Positions 18,638 through 28,831 of a DNA stretch of 39,721 nucleotides are shown here, one piece after another. Both the position numbers and the translations under genes were made by a program. The stretch is taken from the NCBI GenBank assembly GCA_016180865.1, contig JACPAJ010000013.1:1-39721 (forward strand), given 5' to 3'. Origin of the DNA: Deltaproteobacteria bacterium (GTDB lineage Bacteria > UBA10199 > GCA-002796325 > 1-14-0-20-49-13). A model generated the notes under the pieces. The model searched no databases. It was not told the origin of the DNA and saw only the letters and a list, made by a program, of their open reading frames with translations. The first letter of the stretch is position 1; every line of letters begins with the position of its first letter.

Positions 18638-19095
18638 AAGCTTTAAAGGGTTTTACCCTTATTGAAACGCTTTTAGTGATCGCTATTCTGGGAATTTTGT
18701 CTATAGCGCTCGTTACGCGCATATTTAATTATAAAAGATCCTATATTGAAGTAACGTCAAAGAAAGCCGCGAGCGATATTGAATATGCCAGAAGCCTTGC
18801 GATGATGAAACAGGGGACGACTTACGGGGTTTTTTTCGATGACGCCAATGATCGATATACGGTTTATGCAACAAGCACTGCAACTCCCGTTGCGGACCCC
18901 CAAACGAAGCAAAATCTTATTGAAACATTTTCAAGATGGCCCGGAGTTACGATTACCGGAGGCAATTTTACTGTTGAATTCAATCAATGGGGGTCTCCTA
19001 CGACAGGCGGCGGCGGAAGCGTGACGCTTACCGACGGCACAAACTCAAAGACGGTCACCATTACGGCAGGCACGGGGAAGGTGAGTGTGCAATAA
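18631..19095 (+). CDS. Minor pilin (FimU/GspH/MshC-like)
   Basis: KG|FTLIETLLV, DIEYARSLAM, VEFNQWGSP, TGKV. Confidence 0.9.
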   Translation: MVKALKGFTLIETLLVIAILGILSIALVTRIFNYKRSYIEVTSKKAASDIEYARSLAMMKQGTTYGVFFDDANDRYTVYATSTATPVADPQTKQNLIETFSRWPGVTITGGNFTVEFNQWGSPTTGGGGSVTLTDGTNSKTVTITAGTGKVSVQ

Positions 19096-19529
19096 TGTTC
19101 AAGCAACAAGCAACTAGCAAGGGTGTGACGTTGATCGAGGCAGTTCTAATGATCGGCATTGTCGGGGCCGGTCTCATTGGAATAGCTTATACAATGTTCG
19201 GCGGCCCCAAATCCGCTCTGATAGCCGACCAGACAGTTGTTGCAGCCCATTTGGCCCGTGAAAAGATGGAACAGATCCTTGCGGACAGGGCAAATAACGG
19301 TTACGCAACGACAATTGCCACAAGTTATTCCGATGGCGCATTAACCGGCAATTACAGCATTTATACGAGAAACGTTACGATTACGGAAGTTGATTCAGAT
19401 GCTGACGGCGGCAGCGACGATTTTCTGGATGCTTTAGCCGGTTCAGGATACGCCAGAGTAACTACGACTGTAACATGGAACAGCGGAAACAACACCGTAA
19501 AAGAGGAGATGCTGATTGCAAATTATTAG
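19095..19529 (+). CDS. Minor pilin (PilV/GspI/MshD-like)
   Basis: The true start is ATG 19095 (TAATG overlap). KG|VTLIEAV, AAHLAREKMEQI, RVTTTVTW. Confidence 0.88.
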   Translation: MFKQQATSKGVTLIEAVLMIGIVGAGLIGIAYTMFGGPKSALIADQTVVAAHLAREKMEQILADRANNGYATTIATSYSDGALTGNYSIYTRNVTITEVDSDADGGSDDFLDALAGSGYARVTTTVTWNSGNNTVKEEMLIANY

Positions 19530-20034
19530 AGCCCATTTGCGGCGCGGCGGATTTACGCTTGTAGAACTTGTTTTGTCTATTGCTATCATTGCGATTCTTG
19601 CTGCAAGCGTCGGGCCGATTTTAACGACAAGTTTCAGAGGCTATGATCTTGTTGCAAAAAGACGGATAGCGCTGGCCCAAATCAGAATAGCGCTGGACAG
19701 AATGTGCGGTGAAATTGCTCTTATTCCGGACACAGCCAATATTGTCACATTTACCTCTACAAATTTCACATTTAATATTCCGAGCGAAAGCAATGTTGCA
19801 TATACAACAAGCGGAAGCACTCTTACACGTAGCGGCGTGAATCTGGCCGATAATGTAACTTCGCTCGCATTTACTTATCTTGATTCGGCCGGCAATTCAA
19901 CGGCGACAAAGGCAAATATAAAAAGGATAAAAGTTGAAGCGTCGGTTACAGCAGGTGCCGGCATGGGAACGTTAAATATAAGGGATCAAGTTTTTCCGCG
20001 GAGGTTTGCAAGCGCTTATGCAGGGTATCAGTAA
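19516..20034 (+). CDS. Minor pilin (PilW/GspJ/MshO-like)
   Basis: GG|FTLVELVLSIAII, ALDRMCGEI, LADNVTSLAFTYLD. Confidence 0.9.
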   Translation: MQIIRAHLRRGGFTLVELVLSIAIIAILAASVGPILTTSFRGYDLVAKRRIALAQIRIALDRMCGEIALIPDTANIVTFTSTNFTFNIPSESNVAYTTSGSTLTRSGVNLADNVTSLAFTYLDSAGNSTATKANIKRIKVEASVTAGAGMGTLNIRDQVFPRRFASAYAGYQ

Positions 20035-22270
20035 ATATAAGGGCCAAAACGGAGTAACCGTCATCGCAGCGCTTGTTGCGGTATTTTTCATCGGCGCTGT
20101 CGGCGCGGGAATGGCATATTTTGTCGCGTCCAATCAGCAGACCCGGATACAGCAGGTGACGCGCGATCAGGCTCTTTATTCAAACATGGCCGGGATGGAA
20201 TTTGCGCTGCGCCAGATTATGGTCAGCGGCTCGCAGGCAACTTCTATCACGCGGAAATTTGTCGGCGAAACCATAACAATAACTCGCTCAAGCGGAGCGA
20301 TAAACGTTTCAACGGCAAAAAAGGACGCGTTTTCTTCTCATTCGATCACAGACCCGAATCCCCCGAATCTTGCAAATTGCCTTGTTATAAATACCGCTGC
20401 CGCCGCCGTAACCGACCAGAATCCTGGAGATAAGCACAGGCTTACCGGCATAACTCTAAGCCGCGATGCGAGCTGCACGGATGCGCTTACAATCAACTCC
20501 ATGAGCACAACTACATGGGCGCCCGATAACGGAGAGCTTTTAAATGCGATTGAAATTGCCGGTTCGCCGACCGAATTCAGCGGCCCGGCGGCGGGAAGCG
20601 GCGGAACGTTTGATTTCGGTTCGAATGATTATGCTATTAATGATGCCGCAACGCATAATCTCACATATGTCCAGTGGAATTCCGACATGAGCGGCCACAA
20701 TTTCCATCTTGTTTTTAACTTTACGATAAATGCCCAGACTTTCAGCAAATCGGCCGATGTCAATTTTTTGGCCGCGAATCAGGCCGGATGTTTCAGCTGG
20801 ACTACGACAAGCGCAAGGCTTTCATTTACTTCCAACGCGTGGCGCGATCTTATAAACACAAGCATTGCAAACTCCTGCGCGCAGCCGATAAGGCTTGATA
20901 AGATGACAGTTTCATGGACTCCGACAACGCCTTCGCGAAATCTTACGAATGTCCAGCTCAACGGCGGCTCGGAAGAGTTCACCGGTACGGCCGCAAGCGG
21001 AGTTCAAATTGAAGTCGATGATCTTATATCGGCATCTTCGTCTCAAACTGTCAATTATTTCAGATTTGACGGCGATATGCTGGGGCGGAATTATAGCGTT
21101 GTTTGGACATTTGCCGACGGAACGTCAACGACGCTATCTTTAAATCTTTTTAATGCAAATGAAAATAATTGTTTAACAATTAATACCGCCAATGTCGCGG
21201 TTTCCGGAAATGATGTTACCGGGCTTACCGTCCAAAATATCTGCAGCGCCGATATAGGAATGACTTCGGCAACGATGACGTGGAGCGGAGGGCCGGCAAA
21301 TTTCACGGCTATTTCAATCGACGATGTTGACGGCACAAATACCTATTCCGGAACTTTTGCAAGCGGCGCGGCGCTTGATTTTGCAACTGTAGATGCCGTT
21401 GACGGCAATCTGTATTATCCGGACGGAAGCGGAGTGAAAAATATAAATTCGCTTAGTTTCAGCTCCACTCCCGCCGGAACAACGTTTACTATTACGTTTA
21501 CAATGGCCGACGGTACGACTAAAGCCGCTACATTTACGCCTCAAACGCAGGCAAATTGTTTGAGCGTGAATATGCTCGGCAGTTCGCTTACAAACGGCAG
21601 CAAAGACCTTAGCGGGATAACAACTACCAATAATTGCAGCTTTCCAATCACATGGGCGCAGACAACGGTCACTACATCTTCGACGCGCAATTTGACGCAG
21701 ATAGTTGCCGATGGCGTAACTATTTTCAGCGGTAGCGCTGGCAGCGGCGTAACGGTCGACAACACGGATGTTGTTTATTCAGCATCGCAAACTGTTTCAA
21801 TCGACAGATTCAGGTTCAGCGGGAGCGTGGCCAATCGCGTCATAACGATAGATTTCATAATGGGAGATGGCTCGACTCAAACGGCTGAATTTTCAGAAAA
21901 ATTCTGCCTTGTGCCGAATACATCTGCAGCCACAATCGGCGGCACGGGAGGCGTCGATCTTTTGGGAATTACGATTAATAACCAATGCACCGCGCGTTCG
22001 ATCATTTGGATCACCACGGTTGCCAGTTGGACGCCGACGTCGCCTACAAGAAATTTAACGTCGATAGTCGTTGACGGTTCGTCTGTTTTCAGCGGTTCGA
22101 TGGCATCCGGCGGCACAACGAATAATTCCAACGTTACGCTGACAGCCGGTCAAACAAGGGCAATTACAAGATTTCGCTTCAGCGGAGATATGACCGGCAG
22201 AACGTTTACAATCACATTTAATATGCAGGACACATCGAGCGACACAACGCCGTCTTTCACGCCGCCGTAA
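20006..22270 (+). CDS. Large minor pilin (PilX/GspK/MshP-like N-terminus) fused to five Cys-paired beta-rich repeats; putative tip adhesin
   Basis: NG|VTVIAALV without E5, QALYSNMAGMEFALRQ, then Thr/Ser-rich repeats beginning ANCLVINT, AGCFSWTT, NNCLTINT, ANCLSVNM and KFCLVPNT. Confidence 0.85.
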   Translation: MQALMQGISKYKGQNGVTVIAALVAVFFIGAVGAGMAYFVASNQQTRIQQVTRDQALYSNMAGMEFALRQIMVSGSQATSITRKFVGETITITRSSGAINVSTAKKDAFSSHSITDPNPPNLANCLVINTAAAAVTDQNPGDKHRLTGITLSRDASCTDALTINSMSTTTWAPDNGELLNAIEIAGSPTEFSGPAAGSGGTFDFGSNDYAINDAATHNLTYVQWNSDMSGHNFHLVFNFTINAQTFSKSADVNFLAANQAGCFSWTTTSARLSFTSNAWRDLINTSIANSCAQPIRLDKMTVSWTPTTPSRNLTNVQLNGGSEEFTGTAASGVQIEVDDLISASSSQTVNYFRFDGDMLGRNYSVVWTFADGTSTTLSLNLFNANENNCLTINTANVAVSGNDVTGLTVQNICSADIGMTSATMTWSGGPANFTAISIDDVDGTNTYSGTFASGAALDFATVDAVDGNLYYPDGSGVKNINSLSFSSTPAGTTFTITFTMADGTTKAATFTPQTQANCLSVNMLGSSLTNGSKDLSGITTTNNCSFPITWAQTTVTTSSTRNLTQIVADGVTIFSGSAGSGVTVDNTDVVYSASQTVSIDRFRFSGSVANRVITIDFIMGDGSTQTAEFSEKFCLVPNTSAATIGGTGGVDLLGITINNQCTARSIIWITTVASWTPTSPTRNLTSIVVDGSSVFSGSMASGGTTNNSNVTLTAGQTRAITRFRFSGDMTGRTFTITFNMQDTSSDTTPSFTPP

Positions 22271-22285
22271 GAGGCCGAAAGATAG

Positions 22286-22314
22286 TTGAATTTATTGAGC
22301 ATGAATGCTATCAT
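22286..22314 (+). promoter_or_regulatory. Putative sigma-70 promoter with extended -10
   Basis: TTGAAT-N17-TATCAT with TG at -15/-14, 9 nt before ATG 22324. Confidence 0.55.
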
Positions 22315-22323
22315 TAACGACAT

Positions 22324-23868
22324 ATGAAACAACGAGTGAAACGCAAGCCGGCATCAGAAAAACTTAAAAAACCGATCGCCAAGGATAAAGATATAACCGT
22401 CCTTAATCAGACTTTATTGAATACCATCCCCTTTCCAATGGATATTGTGGACGATACAGGAACGATTCTTTACATGAGCGAATTAATGCAAAAAATGGCT
22501 GGTAAAAATGGCGCCGGCAAAAAATGCTGGCTGCTTTACAGGGATGATAAAGTCAGGTGTCCCGCATGCCCTCTTGAAACGGGAATAACCGTCGGAGAAA
22601 CGAAAACCATAGATGTGGGAAGCTGCTTTGGAGGAAAGCAGATGGAGGTTACTCACACCGGGATGATCTATAAAAGCAAAAAAGTGATTCTTGAAATTTT
22701 TTACGATATAACCGAAAGAAAAAAAGCCGATGAAGTTTTGAAAAATATCAGGGAAAAACTTGAAGAGAAAAATTTTGAATTAAAGCGGCTAAATGAAGTC
22801 AAATCCGAATTTGTGGCGACAGTTTCGCATGAGCTCAGAACTCCTTTGGCTTCGATCAAAGAAGCCATTTCGCTTATTTTGGACGGAGTGTCAGGGGAAA
22901 CTAACGAAAAACAGCGCAACTTTTTAAGCATCGCCAACAGAAATATCGACCGGCTTACCGGTTTAATCAACAATCTTCTCGATATTTCTAAAATCGAAAC
23001 CGGCAAGCTCAAGCTTTATAAAACGAATTTTTTGATGATGGATGTTATAAAAGAGGTTATCGATTCATTCAAACATCTTGCAGAGAATAAGAGAATTAAC
23101 CTGCGGCTGATCGAGAAAACCGACCTTCCGTCTGTATATGCGGACAAAGACAAGATAACGCAGATAATTATCAATCTCCTTTCAAATGCTTTAAAATTCA
23201 CGCCTGAAGGCGGTTTTGTGGAAGTTTCGACAGATTATACAAAATCGGATAAGGAATTCGTTGAAGTTGAAGTTAAAGATTCCGGAATGGGCATCGCCGA
23301 AGATGACATGCCAAAGCTTTTCCATAAATTCCAGCAGATCGACGGATCGATAACCCGCAAAATCGGCGGAACGGGCCTGGGGCTGGCCATCTCAAGGGAA
23401 ATTATCGAAATGCACGAAGGCAGAATCTGGGCGGCGTCTGAACTGGGCAAGGGGAGCCGCTTTGGGTTCATTCTGCCGGTTATTCCAATGGGGAAGATTA
23501 AAGTCGATAAAAAGAGGATTTTGATAATTGACGATGACCCCGATCTTTGCGAAACTCTAAAAACAAGGCTTGAAGCCAATGAATTTATCGTATTTACGGC
23601 TTTAAACGGGATGGACGGAATTGAACTGGCAAAGAAAAACAGGCCGAATCTTATTATTTTGGATTTAATGATGCCGGAAATGGATGGTTTTCAAGTTTGC
23701 CAGTCATTAATGAAAGACAGCCAGACATCTTCCATCCCCGTGGTGGTGTTGACTGTCCTTGATCAGGAGGAGGCAATACGAAAAGCCTTGTGTAAAGGCG
23801 CGGTAGGATATATGATTAAGCCATACGATTCCGAATCGCTGCTGGAAACAGTCAGGGAGTTTTTATGA
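22324..23868 (+). CDS. Hybrid histidine kinase (Cys-containing PAS, HisKA, HATPase, receiver)
   Basis: GKKCW...CPACP PAS motif, VSHELRTPL, NLLSNALKFT, GGTGLGL, ILIIDDD...DLMMPEMDG. Confidence 0.95.
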   Translation: MKQRVKRKPASEKLKKPIAKDKDITVLNQTLLNTIPFPMDIVDDTGTILYMSELMQKMAGKNGAGKKCWLLYRDDKVRCPACPLETGITVGETKTIDVGSCFGGKQMEVTHTGMIYKSKKVILEIFYDITERKKADEVLKNIREKLEEKNFELKRLNEVKSEFVATVSHELRTPLASIKEAISLILDGVSGETNEKQRNFLSIANRNIDRLTGLINNLLDISKIETGKLKLYKTNFLMMDVIKEVIDSFKHLAENKRINLRLIEKTDLPSVYADKDKITQIIINLLSNALKFTPEGGFVEVSTDYTKSDKEFVEVEVKDSGMGIAEDDMPKLFHKFQQIDGSITRKIGGTGLGLAISREIIEMHEGRIWAASELGKGSRFGFILPVIPMGKIKVDKKRILIIDDDPDLCETLKTRLEANEFIVFTALNGMDGIELAKKNRPNLIILDLMMPEMDGFQVCQSLMKDSQTSSIPVVVLTVLDQEEAIRKALCKGAVGYMIKPYDSESLLETVREFL

Positions 23869-24230
23869 CAAAAAAAATATTGATTGTGGATGACGAGAAG
23901 GATCTGGTTGAAACCCTTTCCTTCAGGCTGGAAGCCGCCGGTTATGCTATTATCACCGCTTTTGACGGGAAAGAAGGTCTGGAAAAAGCGCGTTCCGAAA
24001 AGCCGGATATCGTGCTTTTGGACATCATGATGCCCAAGATGGATGGCTATCAGGTTTGCAGGATGTTGAAATTCGATGACGAATATAAGCATATGCCGAT
24101 AATCATGCTTACCGCGCGGGGGCAGGAGCAGGATAAAAAGACGGGAGAAAACGTCGGAGCGGACGATTACGTCACAAAACCTTTTGACAGCGGGGACCTT
24201 CTCACGCGCATTAAAAAGCTTTTAAAATGA
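23865..24230 (+). CDS. Single-domain response regulator
   Basis: ILIVDDE, DIMMPKMDG, MLTA, DYVTKPF. Confidence 0.95.
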   Translation: MTKKILIVDDEKDLVETLSFRLEAAGYAIITAFDGKEGLEKARSEKPDIVLLDIMMPKMDGYQVCRMLKFDDEYKHMPIIMLTARGQEQDKKTGENVGADDYVTKPFDSGDLLTRIKKLLK

Positions 24231-24613
24231 AGTACGAAATTTTAATAGCGGACGATGATCGCGACTTTGTCACGGTTCTGAAGGAGCGTCTTGAATCAAG
24301 CGGCTTTATAACAGATTGCGCCTACGAAGGCGTCAGGACTATCGAGCTGGCCCATAAGAAAAAACCCGATTTGATTTTGCTGGACTGGAAAATGCCCGCA
24401 GGCGGCGCATCTACGGTTTTACAGTATTTGAAGGAGAAGCCGGAAACGAAAAACATCCCCGTTATTGTTATTACCGGAGTCGCCGATAATTTTTTGGAGT
24501 CTAAAGCGGCGTCATTGGGGGCCAAATATTTTATACGAAAACCGTACGATCCTCATCTGCTCATCGACACAATAAACGAAATCCTGGCTTTAAGAACCGA
24601 AAAATCAAAATAG
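24227..24613 (+). CDS. Single-domain response regulator
   Basis: ILIADDD, LDWKMPAG, VITG, FIRKPY. Confidence 0.93.
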   Translation: MKYEILIADDDRDFVTVLKERLESSGFITDCAYEGVRTIELAHKKKPDLILLDWKMPAGGASTVLQYLKEKPETKNIPVIVITGVADNFLESKAASLGAKYFIRKPYDPHLLIDTINEILALRTEKSK

Positions 24614-24659
24614 ATATTTTTCTTTAACATTTCATAAAGTTATGCTACTTTCATGACTT

Positions 24660-25535
24660 ATGTATCTTGAGTATTTTAATTTTACTGATGAGCCGTTTAA
24701 AATAACGCCGGATTCAAAATATCTTTATCTGTCCCGCCAGCACGAGGAGGTTTTGCAAGCGCTCCTTTACGGCATTACACAGCGCAAAGGCTTTATGGCT
24801 GTAATCGGAGACATCGGAACCGGAAAGACAACCATAAGCCGCGCGCTTTTAAACAGGCTTGATAAATCGATCGATACATCCATTATTTTAAATCCGATGC
24901 TTTCCGTTCAGGAGCTGCTGGAGGCCATTAACGACGATTTTGGAAATGCGGCAGCTACGAGAGATACGGTTAAGGGGCAGATAGATGCGCTGAATGAATT
25001 CATGCTGCGCCGCCTACGCTTCAATAAAAATGCGATTGTGATGATAGATGAAGCGCAGCATTTGAGCGTTGAATCCATGGAGATGCTGAGGCTGCTGTCA
25101 AATCTGGAGACCGAAGATAAAAAGCTGATGCAGATAATTTTTCTGGGGCAGAAAGAGCTTGAAACAAAATTGAAATCGCCGGAACTCCGCCAGCTCGACC
25201 AGAGAATAGGCATTCGCTATTTTCTGGGGCCGCTGAATTACACCGAGACGTGCAATTATATTGTTCACAGGATAACAATGGCCGGAGGCGGGGGCGGCAG
25301 CATTCAGCTTGAAGAGCGGGGGTTGAGGAAAATTTTTGAATATTCAAAGGGAGTGCCGCGCAGGGTCAATATGATTTGCGACAGAAGCCTGCTGGAAGCT
25401 TTTGCACAGAGAAGCAAGCTTGTTACCAGCGGGATTGTAAAAGCCGCTATTCGCGACATTGAAGGCCTCTCAAACCCGAGCGGAGTCGCATTTTCCGGCA
25501 GAAAAAAAGTTTGGGAATTCTGGAAGTGGTTTTAA
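24660..25535 (+). CDS. ExeA/GspA/MshM-family AAA ATPase
   Basis: MYLEYFNFTDEPFKITPD, GDIGTGKT, IDEAQ, LRLLSNLET, GVPRRVNMICD. Confidence 0.93.
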   Translation: MYLEYFNFTDEPFKITPDSKYLYLSRQHEEVLQALLYGITQRKGFMAVIGDIGTGKTTISRALLNRLDKSIDTSIILNPMLSVQELLEAINDDFGNAAATRDTVKGQIDALNEFMLRRLRFNKNAIVMIDEAQHLSVESMEMLRLLSNLETEDKKLMQIIFLGQKELETKLKSPELRQLDQRIGIRYFLGPLNYTETCNYIVHRITMAGGGGGSIQLEERGLRKIFEYSKGVPRRVNMICDRSLLEAFAQRSKLVTSGIVKAAIRDIEGLSNPSGVAFSGRKKVWEFWKWF

Positions 25536-25550
25536 AAATCAGGGGGATAA

Positions 25551-26336
25551 ATGTCCGTAATTTTAAAAGCTCTCAAAAGCCAGGAGAGAGAATCAAATAA
25601 TATCAGCAAGTCGCCGTTAATTATTCCAGAAGGCGAAGGTTTTTTTAAAGGCAGGCAGTCGATGGTTAAAAAAGATCCTTACGTCTCCAAAAAAAGGATT
25701 TATGTTTTAAGCGTTCTTTTTGCCGCTGCGGTTATTTTTGCAGTTGCTCTTCAGTGGGTGAAAAACAGGCCGGCCGAGCCTGAGTCTGCAAAACAACCGG
25801 CTGTTGCTCATGCGGTTGAAAATTCAAATCAAACCGCACTGGCTGTTCAAGCGGAAACAAGCGAGGCTGTTCCGGCAGACATAGTTGAACGGGCAAATGC
25901 AGCTTTTGCCGGCGGAGATTATGAAACCGCAGTGAAATTGTTTAAGGAAGCAATCGCGAAAGATCAAAACAATGCAATGCTTCATAATAATTTAGGGCTT
26001 ATATTTGTAAAAAAAGAGCTCTATTCCAGCGCGGAAGATGAGTATAAAAAAGCGCTTGAATCTGACGATAAGTGCGCGGAATGTTTTAATAATTTTGGAT
26101 ATCTGAAATCGATATTGGGAGAATCGTTTGAGGCGAGGAAATATTTTGAAAAGGCATCGGTGTTATTAGCATCGTACGCAGATCCGTATTTTAACCTGGC
26201 GGTCTTATCCGAAAAAGAAGGGGACATAGGCAATGCCGTTAAATATTACAGGCAGTTCATCGAGCTCTATCCGAATAAAAGCGATACGCTCTATTCTAAA
26301 GTCAACAAACGGGTAATTGAACTTGCCGGGAAATAG
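25551..26336 (+). CDS. Membrane-anchored TPR protein (ExeB/MshN-like)
   Basis: MSVILKALK N-terminus typical of ExeB/MshN, a TM segment and TPR motifs (HNNLG, FNNFG, YFNLA). Confidence 0.85.
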   Translation: MSVILKALKSQERESNNISKSPLIIPEGEGFFKGRQSMVKKDPYVSKKRIYVLSVLFAAAVIFAVALQWVKNRPAEPESAKQPAVAHAVENSNQTALAVQAETSEAVPADIVERANAAFAGGDYETAVKLFKEAIAKDQNNAMLHNNLGLIFVKKELYSSAEDEYKKALESDDKCAECFNNFGYLKSILGESFEARKYFEKASVLLASYADPYFNLAVLSEKEGDIGNAVKYYRQFIELYPNKSDTLYSKVNKRVIELAGK

Positions 26337-26338
26337 TT

Positions 26339-27346
26339 ATGGCTAAGATTTCATTAGGGGTCGACATAGGCTCTGAAGATATAAAAGTAGTATGCCTGGA
26401 AAAAAATGAAGAAAGTTATAAGCTGAATTCTTACGGCCATTTCAGGTTCGGCGGCGACGAAGAGGCTTTAAAAAGATTTGTGCAGGAAGCAAAGCTTCCG
26501 AAGGGCGATGTAAGAATAAATATTGAAGACAGCTCTTTAAAAATAAGAAGGCTTGATCTGCCGACCATGACCGAAGAGGAATTTAATGAGGCCGTTCGCT
26601 GGGGGATGAAGGATATTGTTGAAGGGGATATTAACGATTTTATCTTTCGCTGTTCAAAAATAGATCCGACGGATCTGAGCCTTGAAAATAAAATTCCGAT
26701 GCTGGTTTTTGCAATCAAGGCCGATACGGTGTCTGGCAGGCGCAGTTTTGCTAAGCGCATAGGCTTTAAAATCCCAAGCATTATAGAACCCAATGCAGGT
26801 GCTCTGGCATGTCTTTTTGATGCGCTGAAGGGAAAAGAAAGAGACTCTTCAAAAGCGGTTGTTGATTTAGGGAGGGTCTTTTCGCCTTTTATCGTTATCG
26901 GGAAAAAAGGGCTGGTTTTTTCCAGGCCGATGAACGGCTGCAGCGAAATTAATTTTATCGGCCAGCTTGCGCGGGACTTAGGCATAGGCTCAAAAGAGGC
27001 GGAAGATTTAAAGCAAAAATTTTTTGGAGGAGGAAAAATAAGCGGAGAAATTGAGACAAGGCTTAAAAATTCCGTGACGCAGTTTTATTCAAAAATGGCC
27101 GTTGAAATTCAGCGGTCTATTGACGGGTATAATCTTGTTTTCGGCAGGCAGAAAGTCGATGAAATTTTTCTTTGCGGAAACGGCGCGTACAGCAAAGGGC
27201 TGATTGGTTATCTTAATCAGACTCTTGGCGTTAAAACGGGCATATTGGATCCGTTCGAATTTGCCGATACGCGAGAATTCAGCCCTGGGCCGTTTGACGG
27301 CAAACGGGCTCTTTTTGCGGTTGCTTGCGGGCTTGCGGTTGATTGA
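26339..27346 (+). CDS. pilM: Type IV pilus assembly protein PilM
   Basis: LGVDIGSEDIKVV, VVDLG, EIQRSIDGY, IFLCGNGA, AVACGLA. Confidence 0.92.
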   Translation: MAKISLGVDIGSEDIKVVCLEKNEESYKLNSYGHFRFGGDEEALKRFVQEAKLPKGDVRINIEDSSLKIRRLDLPTMTEEEFNEAVRWGMKDIVEGDINDFIFRCSKIDPTDLSLENKIPMLVFAIKADTVSGRRSFAKRIGFKIPSIIEPNAGALACLFDALKGKERDSSKAVVDLGRVFSPFIVIGKKGLVFSRPMNGCSEINFIGQLARDLGIGSKEAEDLKQKFFGGGKISGEIETRLKNSVTQFYSKMAVEIQRSIDGYNLVFGRQKVDEIFLCGNGAYSKGLIGYLNQTLGVKTGILDPFEFADTREFSPGPFDGKRALFAVACGLAVD

Positions 27347-27361
27347 TTCGGCGCAAATTTT

Positions 27362-27898
27362 ATGCATATTAACTTTGAAACAAAGAGAAATGTGTTTGAA
27401 ATGATTCTGTTGAAGGGGCTTGAAGTTAATAGGCTGCTGATGGTTTTTTTCGTTATCGGTGTAATTATGCTGATGGTTTTATTCGGCCTGGTTCAAAAAT
27501 TCCGCCTCGATTATCTTGGGGCAAAAAGAATAAAAATGGAACATCAGGTGATAGAATTGCGCAAAGGAACGCCCCTTGAAAATCTTTCGATAGCAAGCAG
27601 CGCAGGCAAGGATCAGATATTTATAAATTATGAAGAAAAAATCATCTGGTCGGATATTCTTAAAGAACTTTCGGTTTACTGCCCTGAAAATGTGCAAGTT
27701 ACGCAGTTTAAAAGTACTAGTTCCGGCCGGACAGTTAACATAGGCGGCGACGCGCCGGATCAGGCGAGCGTTGCCGATTTTGTAAAAGCCCTTCAGGGAA
27801 GCGGAACTTTTAAGGACGTTAAACTTTTGTCCTCAACATCCGTTCAGGCTGAGGGCGGGAGCACGAGGATCGTTTACAGCATTGCAAGCACAATATGA
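27362..27898 (+). CDS. pilN: PilN-family protein
   Basis: HINF motif, TM, WSDILKELS...PENVQV, FVKALQGSGTFKDVKL; lies after pilM. Confidence 0.82.
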   Translation: MHINFETKRNVFEMILLKGLEVNRLLMVFFVIGVIMLMVLFGLVQKFRLDYLGAKRIKMEHQVIELRKGTPLENLSIASSAGKDQIFINYEEKIIWSDILKELSVYCPENVQVTQFKSTSSGRTVNIGGDAPDQASVADFVKALQGSGTFKDVKLLSSTSVQAEGGSTRIVYSIASTI

Positions 27899-28473
27899 AC
27901 ATTCATCTATCAAGCGTTGACTGGCAGCAGCGCCCCAACAGGCGCGAAAAAATCATATTTGCCTGTTCCGTTCTCATATTTTTTGCGGTTTTTTTAAAAT
28001 CATGCTGGTATCCGAGCAACAAAGCCATTGGGGTTGCAAAATCGGAATTGAAAGGCATTATCGAAGAAAAAATAGCCTTGGAAAGAAACGCCGGGTTGTT
28101 GCAGGACACAGATGCGAAAGGCAAGCTCTGGACGGGAACCCCCGATGAAAGGGTCGCCTATATTAAAATGGCCCAGAGAGTAAGCGAATCGCCGAATGTT
28201 GTTCTGATGAAAGAATTTTCCAACCCTGCGCTTTTGCGGGATGTGAAACTGTCAAACATAGATTTTCCGGACCAAAAAAATGAAAGCGGAATGATAAAGC
28301 AGCAGTGGAAAATCAATGTCAACGGAGCGTTTGTATCGGTAGGTAAATATATTGAGAGATTAGAAGGCTTGCCAATGCTTTTATTTATTGATAATATAAC
28401 GTTCAATTCGGCAAACGATCCGTTTGGGCGCGTTAATGCCGAGGTTGAAGGAACCGTTTATGGCTGGAAATAA
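27895..28473 (+). CDS. pilO: PilO/GspM/MshJ-like protein
   Basis: RREK plus TM, coiled coil, INVNGAF...YIERLEGLP; gene order pilM-N-O. Confidence 0.75.
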   Translation: MNIHLSSVDWQQRPNRREKIIFACSVLIFFAVFLKSCWYPSNKAIGVAKSELKGIIEEKIALERNAGLLQDTDAKGKLWTGTPDERVAYIKMAQRVSESPNVVLMKEFSNPALLRDVKLSNIDFPDQKNESGMIKQQWKINVNGAFVSVGKYIERLEGLPMLLFIDNITFNSANDPFGRVNAEVEGTVYGWK

Positions 28474-28831
28474 TTTATTCAGATTATCGTTTGCGGTGCT
28501 TGTCCTTGCTTTTGCGCTTTCAGCTTCTGCAGAGCAGGGGAAAAAGGCGCTTTCAGGCCTGAATATAGAGGAATTTGAGCAGAAAAAGGAGAGGCCGACC
28601 GACTGGAGCAAGAATCCTTTTGTCATTCCAGCGGCGGATGTGGCGGTAAGCGAATTAAAACTTTCGGGAATCGTTTACAGTGAAAAGGAATCCGCAGCGA
28701 TTGTAAGCGATAATATCGTTAAAATCGGCGATAAAATAGGATCGAACGAAGTTGTTGCAATAGAAAAGATGAGAGTTGTTATAAGAAACGAAAACGGCCT
28801 TTTTGGAATTGCCCTTAGCGGAGGGAAATGA
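28460..28831 (+). CDS. PilP/MshK-like protein
   Basis: Signal peptide, KNPF, LKLSGIVYS...AIV...VKIGDKI; lies directly before the secretin. Confidence 0.75.
   Translation: MAGNNLFRLSFAVLVLAFALSASAEQGKKALSGLNIEEFEQKKERPTDWSKNPFVIPAADVAVSELKLSGIVYSEKESAAIVSDNIVKIGDKIGSNEVVAIEKMRVVIRNENGLFGIALSGGK

Noticed and set aside
18987-19094. Upstream start for the PilV-like pilin given in the ORF track (also 1044, 3579, 10796, 18260 and 28424)
   Set aside because: Downstream ATGs fit RBS position, stop-start coupling or signal-peptide position better.
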